Below are positions 27,783-45,063 of a stretch of DNA of 64,000 nt, in pieces. Each line of letters begins with the position of its first letter. Within the stretch, counting starts at the first letter, position 1. The position numbers were made by a program, and so were the translations under genes. Below the pieces are notes generated by a model that was not told the DNA's origin, ran no database searches, and saw only the letters and a program-made list of their open reading frames with translations. This DNA is from Dictyostelium discoideum (Eukaryota), in contig CM000150.2 of assembly GCA_000004695.1 (NCBI GenBank), forward strand, positions 352,001 through 416,000, given 5' to 3'.

Positions 27783-27832
<50 letters not shown>

Positions 27833-28426
27833 CTATACAATTAATAAATAAATTAATTAAATAAATAAATAAGTAAATGAATAAATAAATATAAATAAAG
27901 AAATATAAATAATAAATATAAATAAATAAATATAAATAAATATAAAAATGGTTTTATAAACCAATTAATACAAGAGAAAAAAAAAAAAAAAAAAAATTTG
28001 GTTTAAAAAAAAAAAAAATTTTTATTATATACTATTACTATGGTAAGTGATAATTATTTATTTTTTTTTTTAAAAAAAAATTAATTAAATAAGAAAAAAA
28101 ATAGGGTACCTAGGGATTAATTAATTGGATAGTGTGTGTGGTTTTAATAAAATAAAACAAAAAATTGATACTACTAATATTTATTTTTTTTTTTTTTTTT
28201 TTTATAATGGTTTATTTTTTTTTTAGATCAAAAGACACCCCTTTTTTATAATTTGTTTTACATGTAAATATACATACACACATAATTACTACAATGATTG
28301 AGCGATACTAGTAATAATAATAATTACTTCAAAATAAATATAATTAAAAGAATAAAAAAAAAAAAATTATAATTTATCCACTTACTCTTTTAGATTATGT
28401 ACATTAATTAATTTTTTAATTATTTT

Positions 28427-28472
<46 letters not shown>

Positions 28473-29028
28473 GAAATTTTATTTTTGTTTAATGTTTTTA
28501 ATTATACTATTTATGTAATTATACAAATATTTTTAGTATTATATTATTAATGTACACTATTATTTTAAAAACAAATTTAAAATAAAATAAGAAAAAAAAA
28601 AAGAAAAAAAAAAAGAAAAAAACAAAAAATTGTTGATTTAAACGTCTTTTTTTAAAAAAAAAAAAAAAAAAAAAGAATAAAATAAAATAAAAAAATAAAA
28701 TAAAATAAATTTATAATCAAACGTCATTGGTTATAAATTACTTCATTTATTTTGGTTTTGGGTTGCATGTGTAACTCTTTTTTTTTTTTTTGTTGTTTGG
28801 TGGTCTAAATTTAGGTAAAAATAATTAAAAAAATTTATTTAATATTCCTATTACCAAAATAATATTGATAAAACCAAAAATTAAAATTAAAATAAAAAAT
28901 AATTTAAGAATTGAATTTTCCATAAAAAAAAAAAAATATATTATCATAAAAATATTATTATTATTATTACTTTTTATTATTATTTTTTTATTTTATTTTT
29001 TTATTTTATTTTTTTATTAAAAATTATA

Positions 29029-30632
29029 TTATAACATTTTTTGAATCCTCTTATTATTATTTTTTAATCTATCATTTGCATGATCAACTTTATCAGTTAT
29101 TCTATCAAGTTGTGAAGAACTACGTTCAGCTTCATCACCAATTGTTTTTGCTATATTACTAATATCACCTAATAGATCAGAGATTTCATCTAAATCTTTA
29201 TCTTGTTCGATTAGAGCATCTTTAATATCATCAGAGGCATCTTTTATGAAATGACTTGTACCTAAGGTTGAAGCTCTAGTGAAGAGGGAGCTTTGTTGAG
29301 ATCTACCAGAGGAGGGAATGAAACGAATGGTTGGGTTGCCATAGATAAACTCTTTGATACCAGGTTCAAAGATAACTTGTGGGGCTTTGCCATACTTTCC
29401 ATTTGAACGTAAAACGATCTCATTGACAACGTTTTGAATGTAACTGCTTGCCATTCTAAAACGTGGGTATTTATTATTAAAGAATCTGACATCCATATGC
29501 TGAGGACGTGCACGAATCACCAAATACTCGACACTGTCGAAAGTGTAGGTCGAGATGATCTCGGTTCTGGGCTTCCTATTGGCATCCAATATGATGAATC
29601 TGTCGTTGTGAATTTGCACGAAACCTGGTATCAAACTATCGTTTGCCAATTTCTCCAATATGTCGATCTCAATGGGAGGTTCGTCCCTTGGTCTGACCTG
29701 CAACGATCTATCCAAGGGGGCAAACTCCTTTCTTGGTCCGTTGGTTGTATCTTTACTGAAATGGTTGGACAAGGCTCCCCCCACACTCTCAATTCCTTTC
29801 AACAATCGATCGGATCTGTCGAGATTGGCATGAATGTTGTCCATCTTTGCCTCTATCCCATCGATCACCTCTGCCTGATAGGACAACTCGTTCAAAGTTG
29901 CTATACCCGTCTCCTTTGTCTCTGTGGCCAATTTCAATGCCAACTTTGTCGATTGTGTATCCACTCTAGATGAAAGTTGTTTTTGTTTCTGTTGTCCAGC
30001 ACCTCGAAATAAATTCTTTTCATCTAAATCTTTATCAACTGAATTTGGATTATATATAAATGGTGGACATTTCCAAAGATGATAAATCAATGTAAATGCT
30101 TCATCCCTATGTGAAAATGTACCAAATGATACTAACTGTTCTGCTGTTTTAAATGTTATTGCATTATTTACAAATAATGTTGTATCTTTTTTCATCTCTA
30201 AAATTTTTCTTAATGGTATTGTTTCCTAAATTTGTATAATTTTATATAAAAATCAATTAATAAATTAATTAACTAATAAATCAATTCATTATTAATTATT
30301 ATATTTACAGTTGTACTACCAATTGAAGCTATAAATGATAAAAAGTTTTCTGTAATATACATTTTTCCTAATGTTACTTTATTTAAAGCACATGAGTAAT
30401 CTTGAATAACATTTTCTGTTTCTGGATAATTAAATGTTCTTCTAACAAGTTCTGTTTTAACTTTTAAATGATTTGCTTTATCTGCTGGTGATGTCTATAT
30501 ATTTATTTAATTTTATTTTTTATTTTTTATTGTTAGTTTTATTATTATGAATAATAAAAAAAAAAAATTTTAAAAAAAAAAAAAAAGATAATTATAAATA
30601 AAAAAAAATTTTAATATTCCAAACCATACCAT
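29029..30632 (-). CDS. GRAM-domain SNAP-25-family Qbc t-SNARE (~461 aa). Exon 1 is the bare ATG at 30630..30632 with a GTATGG donor; exon 2 is 30309..30494; exon 3 is 29029..30225.
   Basis: Exons 2 and 3 encode a GRAM domain across the intron (LVRRTFNYPETENVIQDYSCALNKVTLGKMYITENFLSFIASIGSTT|ETIPLRKILEMKKDTTLFVNNAITFKTAEQLVSFGTFSHRDEAFTLIYHLWK). A Qb SNARE motif TQSTKLALKLATETKETGIATLNELSYQAEVIDGIEAKMDNIHANLDRSDRLLKGIES aligns with the SNAP-25 N-terminal helix. A PH/GRAM-like middle domain follows. The C-terminal Qc motif DKDLDEISDLLGDISNIAKTIGDEAERSSSQLDRITDKVDHANDRLKNNNKRIQKML ends in KML as in SNAP-25. The start-codon exon is inferred and least certain. Confidence 0.6.
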
Positions 30633-30679
30633 TTTTTTGTTAAAATGTTGTGTGTGTTAAATTTAAAATAAAAAATAAA

Positions 30680-30718
<39 letters not shown>

Positions 30719-31062
30719 AAAAGTGTTGGAATTTTTTTTTTTTTTTTTTTTTTTGTTTTGTTTTTTTTTTTTTTGTTTTAAAATATAATTATAAAATAAA
30801 ATCGAAAATAAAATAAAATAAAATAAAATAAAATAAATTATTTATTTATAATTTAAAAAAAAAAAATATTGGGACAAACTATTTTTTTTTTTTTTTTTTT
30901 TTTTTTTTTCCATTGTTTACAAAGCTTGAAAAAATAAAAAAATAAAAAATAAAAATAAAATAAAAAATATTTTTTTCAAAAAGTTGAAAGATATTTCAAT
31001 GACATCATTTTAGAAAGCCAAGAAATTAAGGAAATAATAAAAAAGTAGTACAGTAATTATTC

Positions 31063-31099
<37 letters not shown>

Positions 31100-31249
31100 T
31101 TTTAAAACACCACTTAATTTTTTTTTATATTTTTTTACCATTTTAAATAAAAAGTTATAAATCAAACCGAAATAAAAAAAAAAATTTGAAAATAAAATAA
31201 AAAAAATTTAAAAATAAAAAAAAAAAATCGCACACACTGTTGATCCTAT

Positions 31250-31284
<35 letters not shown>

Positions 31285-31615
31285 TTTTATTTGAATAAAA
31301 TCAAGTTCAGTGTCTGAATGAAAAATTCTATAAAATACCATTTTTTGATAGGATATGATGATTACATTAATTTTTATTTTTATATTTTATTTTTTTAATT
31401 TTTTTTTTTTTTGGTTGAGTGCAAAAAAAAAAAAAAAATATCTTCGCCAATGAAAAATAAAAATAAAAATTAAAATAAAAAAAAATTAAAAAAAAAAAAA
31501 ATGATTGATCAGAATTTTGTGTAATTATAAATTATTCTTTTTTTTTTTTTTTTTTTTTTATATATATACTGTATTTTTATTTTTGTATTATTACTATTAT
31601 TTTTTAAAAAAAAAA

Positions 31616-33211
31616 ATGGAACCAAATATTAAAAATGGTGATGATGGTAAATTAAATATTGCAATTATTGGTGGTGGTATTTCAGGTATGTCATGTGCAT
31701 ATCTTTTAACTATGGGTGGACATAATTGTACAGTTTTTGAAAAAGGAAATTATTTAGGAGGTCATACAAACACTGTTCAAGTTAAATTTCAAGAAGAGAC
31801 AGTAAAGATTGATACAGGATTTCTAGTGTATACACCACAAAAGTATCCAAATTTAATGACCCTCTTTAAGAGATTAGGTATTAAAAATGGTGAATCCGAT
31901 ATGTCATTTGGCTATTCATTGAATGCTAGACAAGGTATTGAAAAAACTGTAGAGATGGAAGTTGTTGCCAATGAAATCACCACAAATCCAATTAAAGCTC
32001 CAATTAGAAGAGAGATTGAATGGTGTTCAGATAATTTATCAACGATTTTCGCACAATGGCAAAACTTATTCAGACCATCATTTTGGAGATTATTAATTGA
32101 TCTTTACAGATTCTCAAAAGATGGTCCATTGATTGTAACACCAGAGAATTTAGAAAAGTATAAAAATATGTCAGTTCGTCAATATTGTGAAATCAATGGT
32201 TACTCTAGAGCATTCATAGAATACTATTTAATTCCAGTTGCATCAGCAGTTTGGTCAACAAGTTTCAAAGAAGTTGACCTTTTCCCAATTGTTACATTGG
32301 CACGTTTCTTTCAAAATCATGGTCTTTTTAAAATTGTAAATCGTCCACAATGGAATTCTGTCCAAGGTGGTAGTTATCAATATATGGAAAAAATTAAAGA
32401 ATTTTTAGAATCAAATGGTGGTAAAATTTTATTATCATCACCAGTTTCAAAAGTTGTTAGATCAAAGAATACTCAAGATGGTGTTTTCATTACAACAACA
32501 ACTACAACTACCAATGGTACTACTACTGATACTGCTACTACAAATACTCAACATTTTGATAGAGTTGTATTTGCTTGTCATACACCAGACATTTTCCCAA
32601 TGTTAACTGATATGACATATCCAGAGAGAAAAGTATTGAGTGGATTTAAATTCACTCATTGTCTTGCATATCTTCATAGTGATCCATTGTTAATGCCACG
32701 TCGTAGAAGTACATGGTCAAGTTGGAATTATATTTATGATGATAGTTCATTGACAGAGAATAAATTATGTTGTACCTATTGGTTAAATCGTATTCAACCA
32801 TGGGTGAATGCAGAAAAGTATCCACTTTATTTAACTTTAAATCCAGTATTTCAACCAAACCCATCACTATTACATCGTGTCATTGAATATGATCATCCTT
32901 TGATTTGTCCCGAGAGTGATAAAGCCAAATCTCGTTTACCAACAATTCAAGGTATTAGAAATTCATTTTATTGTGGTGCTTGGACTGGTTATGGTTTCCA
33001 TGAAGATGGTATCACCTCTGGTTTATTGGCTGCTCAATTAATTGATCCAAGTTTAAATAAACTTTGGAAAGTTGATGTCACTCGTTATATCGATGAATTC
33101 CCTTCAAATCCTGATAAAACAACTTTAACAATCTTTAAAAATATTTTATATTTTTCAACTTTATTAACTTTAATTTATTATTCAAAACCAATTTTAAATA
33201 AATTTAAATAA
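31616..33211 (+). CDS. FAD/NAD(P)-binding amine-oxidase-like oxidoreductase (bacterial COG2907-type predicted NAD/FAD-binding protein), ~531 aa
   Basis: The true start is MEPNIKNGDDGKLNIAIIGGGISGMSCAY (Rossmann GxGxxG) inside the listed ORF, then ...GGHTNTV...IDTGFLVYTPQKYPNLMTLFKRLGI... and a C-terminal ...CGAWTGYGFHEDGITSGLLAAQLI typical of amine-oxidase-fold flavoproteins. Single exon. Confidence 0.7.
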   Translation: MEPNIKNGDDGKLNIAIIGGGISGMSCAYLLTMGGHNCTVFEKGNYLGGHTNTVQVKFQEETVKIDTGFLVYTPQKYPNLMTLFKRLGIKNGESDMSFGYSLNARQGIEKTVEMEVVANEITTNPIKAPIRREIEWCSDNLSTIFAQWQNLFRPSFWRLLIDLYRFSKDGPLIVTPENLEKYKNMSVRQYCEINGYSRAFIEYYLIPVASAVWSTSFKEVDLFPIVTLARFFQNHGLFKIVNRPQWNSVQGGSYQYMEKIKEFLESNGGKILLSSPVSKVVRSKNTQDGVFITTTTTTTNGTTTDTATTNTQHFDRVVFACHTPDIFPMLTDMTYPERKVLSGFKFTHCLAYLHSDPLLMPRRRSTWSSWNYIYDDSSLTENKLCCTYWLNRIQPWVNAEKYPLYLTLNPVFQPNPSLLHRVIEYDHPLICPESDKAKSRLPTIQGIRNSFYCGAWTGYGFHEDGITSGLLAAQLIDPSLNKLWKVDVTRYIDEFPSNPDKTTLTIFKNILYFSTLLTLIYYSKPILNKFK

Positions 33212-33334
33212 AAAAAATTTCTTTTTTTTTCCAAATTTAATTATAAAAATAGTTTTTTTTTTTTTTTTTTTGAATATGCAATGAGAGGGGTGGGGTCATT
33301 GTTTTTTGATTTTTTCACTTTTTTTTTTTCACTA

Positions 33335-33365
<31 letters not shown>

Positions 33366-33502
33366 TTTTTTTTTTTTTTTTTTTCTAATTTTTTTTTTTT
33401 AATTTTTTTTTATATTTTTTTTTATTTTAGCGAATCATTATAAAAAGTTCTCAACATTTGAATAAATTAAATTTATCAAATTTAAATCTAAATATATATA
33501 TA

Positions 33503-33941
33503 ATGTCACAACAAAAACAGCAACTTACAGAGAATCAAATTATTGAACATTATAAAGATTTAAAATCACAACAACAACAAATTATAAGTAGAATTTCAGA
33601 GTTTGAATCAGATGTAGGTGAATATGGTTTAGTTATAAATGCAATTCAAAATTTAGAATCAAATAGAAAATGTTTCAGAATGGTTGGTGGTGTTTTGGTA
33701 GAAAGAACTGTTGGTGAAGTTTTACCACAAATTAAACAAAATAGAGATGGTGTAACTATTTTTTTTTTTTTAATTTTCAAAATATTATTATTATTTAATT
33801 TAATAATACTAATTTTTTTCAAAATAAATAAATTTATAGATTAAAGAAGTTGTAAAGAAATTAGATGAAAATCTTTCAATTAAAACAAAAGAATTAAATG
33901 ATTTTGTAGCTTTATATAAAATAAAAATAACTTCACAATAA
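33503..33941 (+). CDS. pfdn2: Prefoldin subunit 2. Exons 33503..33751 and 33840..33941.
   Basis: MSQQKQQLTENQIIEHYKDLKSQQQQIISRISEFESDVGEYGLVINAIQNLESNRKCFRMVGGVLVERTVGEVLPQIKQNRDG|IKEVVKKLDENLSIKTKELNDFVALYKIKITSQ. RKCFRM(V/I)GGVLVERTV is the conserved PFD2 beta-hairpin. The intron donor is GTAACT and both junctions are phase 0. Confidence 0.75.
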
Positions 33942-34295
33942 ATTAAAAAAAATAAAAAAAAAAAAAAAAAAAATAAAATAAAAATTGGATTGAATCTTTT
34001 ATTTTTATTATTTGTTGTTTATATACCAAAAGATAATATTAATTTTGGATAATTGGGTTTATTATATATATTTCAATTTAAATTATTATTATTATTTAAA
34101 TTTAATATATAATATTTCAAAAGTTGTGGATAAAAATAAAAATCAAAATCAAAATCAAAATCAAAATAAATATTTATTTAGTTTAGTTTTATTTTATTTT
34201 ATTTCTTTTTAAAATTTATTTATTTACAAAAAAAAAAAAAAAAAAAAAAAAGAGATTTTTTTTTATTTACATTTTTTGATATTTTTTAAAATTAA

Positions 34296-35553
34296 TTAAA
34301 TATCAAGATTGATTAAACCTAAAGATTTTAATAAACCCTTATTTTTACAATGATTTTGATGAAAACAACAAATACAACCCAATTCATCAGATAAATGAAC
34401 ACCTTTATCACAATTTTCTTCACAACTTGTACATTTATTCAATTCTGAAGATTTACTAATGATAATACCTAAATGATCGAAAATTTCTTCACAACTACCA
34501 GTACCACCTTCAACAGAGTCAACTAAAAACATTGAATTTGAGGAAGAATCATTATTATTATTATTACTATTACTATTAAAAGATAATGATTCTAATTTGG
34601 TTATAAAATTTAATGATTCTTCAATATCATTCTTTGGTGAAATTACTAATGGAATAGTCGAAAGTATTTGATGAATCATTGTATGTAATGAAACTCTTGT
34701 ATCACCCATCTCTAAAAGATCAAAAATCTTTGAATCATATTCTTTTCTATCAATTGTTAATGATCTTTGAAGTTTATTTCTTAATTCTTCGATTTTTTTA
34801 TTAAAAATTGGTTTAAAAATATCTCTTTTAAAATTATAATTTTAAAATAAATAAATAAATAAATTAATATAAACATATATATTTTTTGTTTTTTTTTTAA
34901 CAAATTAATTTTATATACTTTACCTAGTGGAATTTGTAAATGAAAATTCAATACATGGTGCTTCAAAATTAATTTGTAATGGTTGTTTTAATTGAATATT
35001 TTCAATTTCAGGTTTTGATTGACGATTTTGATCATCATAATTATTTGAATTACTAAAAGTTTTCTTTTCATATGAACCAACAGAAGTTGTATAGATACCA
35101 ACACCAAATGAAACTAATAATTTTACTTGAGAATTTGATTTAAAATTGAAAAAAGATTGTTTTAAAATTTGTTTCATTTCAACTGTATTTATTTTATTTG
35201 CAGTTGTAACAATACGAACACTCTTTGGAAAATGAATTGGTTTTACAATTGCAAAACTATTTGAATATTCATTATTATTATTATTATAATTTTTATTATT
35301 GTTTGTAGTATTTAATGAAAGTTCTAAAACTTCAAAATGTGAAATTGGGCCACTATTATTTCTAAAACTTTCAGTATTATGAGTCATAAATATTGAACCA
35401 GGGAATAAACGTGTTATACTTTGAGATTTTGAAACTTTTTCAATGATATCACCATTAATTGAATTTAATTTAACATTTACAATATCATTTGTACCTGAAC
35501 CACCTCTTAATGATATTGATAAATGATGATAATCATTAGATTTCCATAAACCA

Positions 35554-35594
<41 letters not shown>

Positions 35595-37333
35595 TATTGA
35601 TTGTAAATAAATTTTATTATTATTTAATAAATTTTGTAAAATTAATTGAGAATTTGGACCAAAAAGTTTTAAAAGATAATTATAATTTGATTGTATACCA
35701 ATTTCAGAAGTTGCACAAAGTAAATGTGATGATAAAATATTTGGAAAATCACCATTGAATGAAAGTTTTTCAGCTTCACCTTCATAGAGTGACATTGGAT
35801 TATTTGAAAAGAATTTGTCTAATGGACTATAGTAATCTGGTATGTATAGTACTAAACCAAGTTTTGATCTACCTACTCTACCAACACGTTGTTTCCAACT
35901 CATTTTACTACCAGGATAACCAATGATTAGACATGCATCCAACTCTGAGATATCGACACCTGCCTCCAATGCATTGGTTGATAGGATTACATTTACATTA
36001 CCACGTTTCAATTGTTCCAATGTTTCCTTTTTATGAGCGGCTGATAACGATGCGTAATAGGGTCTTACCAATTTAGCTTTCTGTGAGAATTTACCATCAT
36101 TTGAAAAACTTTCATATAGAGTATTCAATGATTTAATTGTATTAAAGAATACAATACCCTTTATACCATACTGAATCCAATTGTTTATAATTATCGATGG
36201 TAAATAAAATGAATTTTTAGTTGGTCTAAGTGTTAGAAATACTTTTCCAAATGATCCCGAACCATTTCTATCGATTAAATGTAATCTTTGAGGTGACTCA
36301 TTTTGTCTACTAATGGTTTTTAATCCAATTTCAATTGGATTACCAACTGTAGCTGATGCCATTAAAAATTGTAATCTATTACTATTTAAAAAATTGATTT
36401 TTGAATTTAAATTAAAATGATAGTTTTGAATACGTCTAATTAAATTTATAAAATGACAACCCAATGCGCCAGAATATGTATGAATTTCATCTAAAACTAT
36501 GAAACGAAGATCGCTGAACCATTTTCTCCAACTATCATCCGAACCACTTTTTAAACCACCTCTATAGAGTTGATAATGTAACCAATCGGGACTTGTTAGG
36601 ATGATGTCGGGTTTGGTTGACTTATTTGAAAATAGTCTTGATAATGAATCTTTTTGAGTATCACGACTAAAACTATTAATATTTAAACGTAAATCAATGG
36701 GTAACATTTGATTCAACCTATTGATTGAGTTTAATTGATCATTTGCCAATGCATTCAATGGTACTAAAAACATTGCACTTGGAGTTTTAATTAAGGGTTG
36801 TTTTAAAACGTTTTGAGAGATTTGTAAATTCTTTAATTTTGCTTTTAATATCTCTTCAAATATCGGTAGAAATAAACAAAGTGTTTTACCACTTGATGTT
36901 GGTGTTGTAATAATAACATCATCACCTTGTATTACCTTTGAACGACATTCCAATTGATGACTATAAAGTTTATTATAACCCATTGATCTTAATACTCCAC
37001 TCAATATTGATGGTATCTCTTTTGGAATTTCCAATAAATTTGGTTCTTGATGTTCCGTACAATATAAATGAGTAATTGTACCTTTTAATGAAATTGCTAT
37101 CTTTTTAAATGGTTCATGTTTAATATTTTCTTCAATTTCTTCTTCTTTAATTAATATTTCATTATTATTATTATTATTGCTATTGTTATTATTAAATAAT
37201 TTATTATTTAATAATGATTCATTAATTTGTTGTTGTTGTTGTTGTTGTTGACTCGAATTTGATTTATATGATTGTATGAAACTATCAAATGATTTATTTA
37301 TATCTTCATTCTTACTTTTTATACTATTTATTG

Positions 37334-37421
<88 letters not shown>

Positions 37422-37785
37422 TACACTATTTACACTATTTACAATTGAGTTACTATTTGAATTACTATTTCTATTATCCAAATTATTTATATCATTAAAA
37501 TCATTATCATCAAATTCAAACTCGAAATCATCTTCAATTGTTACCGATGTTGTATCAATGTTTGATTGTTTATTATCATTATTGCTATTATTATTATTAT
37601 TATTATTGACATTAATTTTATTGTTGTTACAATTACTATTTTTATTTTCTTCATCATCGTCAAAGGGATCAAATGGTTTTGTTGAAGTTGGTTGGTTTTG
37701 AATTAAAGGTGTTGTTCTTTTTTGAAATGATATATGGTTTGATGCTTTATTGAAGTTATTATTATTATTATTATTATTAATATTG

Positions 37786-37822
<37 letters not shown>

Positions 37823-38186
37823 TATTATTATTGTGATTACTTATATTATTGATATTAACATTATTATTAGGTATTAAACTGTTGAAGGATAGAGCAGGTA
37901 AATCAAATGGTGATAAATCAGAATCTGAAATAGGTTGGTTACTACTATTGTTTTGTTGTGATGGAAAATTTAGGGAATATTTTGCTTTATTTTCGTTATT
38001 ATTATTATTATTATTTATATTATTACTATTATTAGTTGAGAAAGAACCAAATTGTCTTTTTGAATTATTTCTAACATTTGAATCTAAACCATTTAATAAT
38101 TCTTGTTGAGAAAATAATCTTTTCTTTGGGTTTATAAAATCATTTTTATAACTATCACTATCACTAATTTTATTATTTATATTCAT
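34296..38186 (-). CDS. Hrq1/MrfA(YprA)-type DExH helicase with a C-terminal 4-Cys (MZB/DUF1998-like) domain, ~1260 aa. Exon 1 is 34924..38186; a 99-nt intron runs GTAAAG...AG; exon 2 is 34296..34824.
   Basis: Helicase motifs: I ITTPTSSGKTLCLFLP, Ia VPLNALANDQ, II VLDEIHTYSG, III MASATVGNP, V ILSTNALEAGVDI, VI QRVGRVGRS. The long Asn-rich N-terminus includes (TTA)33. The listed stop after ...FTNSTR is a donor (actag|gtaaag). The phase-2 junction continues in frame into an exon encoding ...CTSCEENCDKGVHLSDELGCICCFHQNHCKNKG, which is the 4-Cys Zn module. Confidence 0.7.
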
Positions 38187-38201
38187 ATTAATTTAAAAAA
38201 C

Positions 38202-38244
<43 letters not shown>

Positions 38245-38445
38245 AAAAAGTGTATCCAACCTATGAAAAAAATTATTTTAAATAAACCAAAAAAAAAAAA
38301 TAAAATAAAAAAAAAAATAAAAAAAAAAATAAAATAAAAAGTGAAATTTTTTTTTTTTGATTTCCTAGAAATCTAAATGGGTTATTTTTAAAATATGTTA
38401 CCAAAAAAAGAAATAAATAATTATCAAGTTTTGATTTTGTTTTTA

Positions 38446-43584
<5,139 letters not shown>

Positions 43585-43593
43585 TATAATTAA

Positions 43594-43631
<38 letters not shown>

Positions 43632-43714
43632 GAAGATTAAAAAAAAAAAAAAAAATTGAGTTAATTAAATTAAATATATGTTTTAATTCTTTTTTTTTTT
43701 TTTTATTTATTTTT

Positions 43715-45021
43715 TTAGATTATTGAAAATTCTTTTTTTTCATCACCATCATCAAAAGGTAAAAAGAAAGAATCAATAAAAGATTGATTTATATCATATA
43801 TTGATGAAGGTGAATAAATTGGTTTATGAGTTTTATCAATTAAAGTTTTGAAAACACCTTGAGTTAAATCTTGTCTATTGCCCAATCTAGTACCAACCCT
43901 GACTTCCATTTGAAAGATTTGATCAATATTCATTTGTAAAGCACGTTTAATAATTTCAAATGAGACACAAACTGATGTCGGACATAATTGATCTAATAGT
44001 ATAGATAATGTTTTTGAAGCCCATTCAATTTCATCTTTATTGTTTTTATTATCCACATTTTCAATCTCCACTTTCAATTGATTCAATATCTCTTTCACTG
44101 ATTTAAATTCTTTATTATTAAAACATCTATTAATTATTGATTGATAAAGAACTAAATGAGAAGACTCTTTATCAGGATACAATGTCTTTCTATACTTATT
44201 TAAAATGAATTCAATTTGTCTATAACCTTCAATATCATCATCATTACATAACTCTTCCAATGTTCTTTCAAATAATTCATTTGGTATATAATGAGTTGCC
44301 AATTTCACATTTATCAAATCTTTTGAATTTATCTTTACCCCAACCATTGCTAAATATAATCCAATTGAACCAAGTCTAGATAAAAAATAACTTGTACCCA
44401 CATCTGGAAAATATCCAATTCTATTCTATATTTTCAATAAATTTATATTAGAGAAACATAAGATCCTATGTAGTAGTAGTAGTATTAGTAGTATTGGTAG
44501 TGTACACTTACTTCAGGCATTGCCCATTGAACATTATCACCTATAATTCTATGACTAGAATGTATGCTTAGACCTACACCACCACCCATGACAATACCAT
44601 TAACGAATGATAGAATTGGTTTATTAAATGTATGAATTAAATGATCCATTGCATATTCTACTCTAATGAATTCATTAACACCAGCTGATGAGCGTGACAA
44701 TTGTGAAAACTCTTTAATATCACCACCTGAACAAAATGATTTCTCTGTACTACTATTTATTATTACAAATTTACAATTATCATCATTATTAAATTCTTTA
44801 AGTTTTTCTGATAAAAATTTTAACATTTCCATAGTTAATGAATTCAATGCTTCACTTCTATTTAATATTATTCTTTTACATCCATTTTTATATTCTATAA
44901 TTTTAATTTTATTATTTTCCATTTCTTTTAAAACATTATTATTATTATTAAATTGTTTTTGTTGTGGTTGTGGTTGTAGTTGTGAAAATAATAAATGGTT
45001 TTTAATAATTTCTATTCTATT

Positions 45022-45024
<3 letters not shown>
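43715..45024 (-). CDS. 3-hydroxyisobutyryl-CoA hydrolase-like (enoyl-CoA hydratase/ECH_2 family) protein, copy 1. Exons 44512..45024 and 43715..44425.
   Basis: ...KFVIINSSTEKSFCSGGDIKEF...FVNGIVMGGGVGLSIHSSHRIIGDNVQWAMPE|NRIGYFPDVGTSYFLSRLGSIGLYLAMVGVKINSKDLINVKLATHYIP matches the HIBCH signature (FCAGGDI..., [21 protein letters not shown]..ATHFV). GTAAGT donor after MPE; phase 0. Confidence 0.8.
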
Positions 45025-45063
<39 letters not shown>

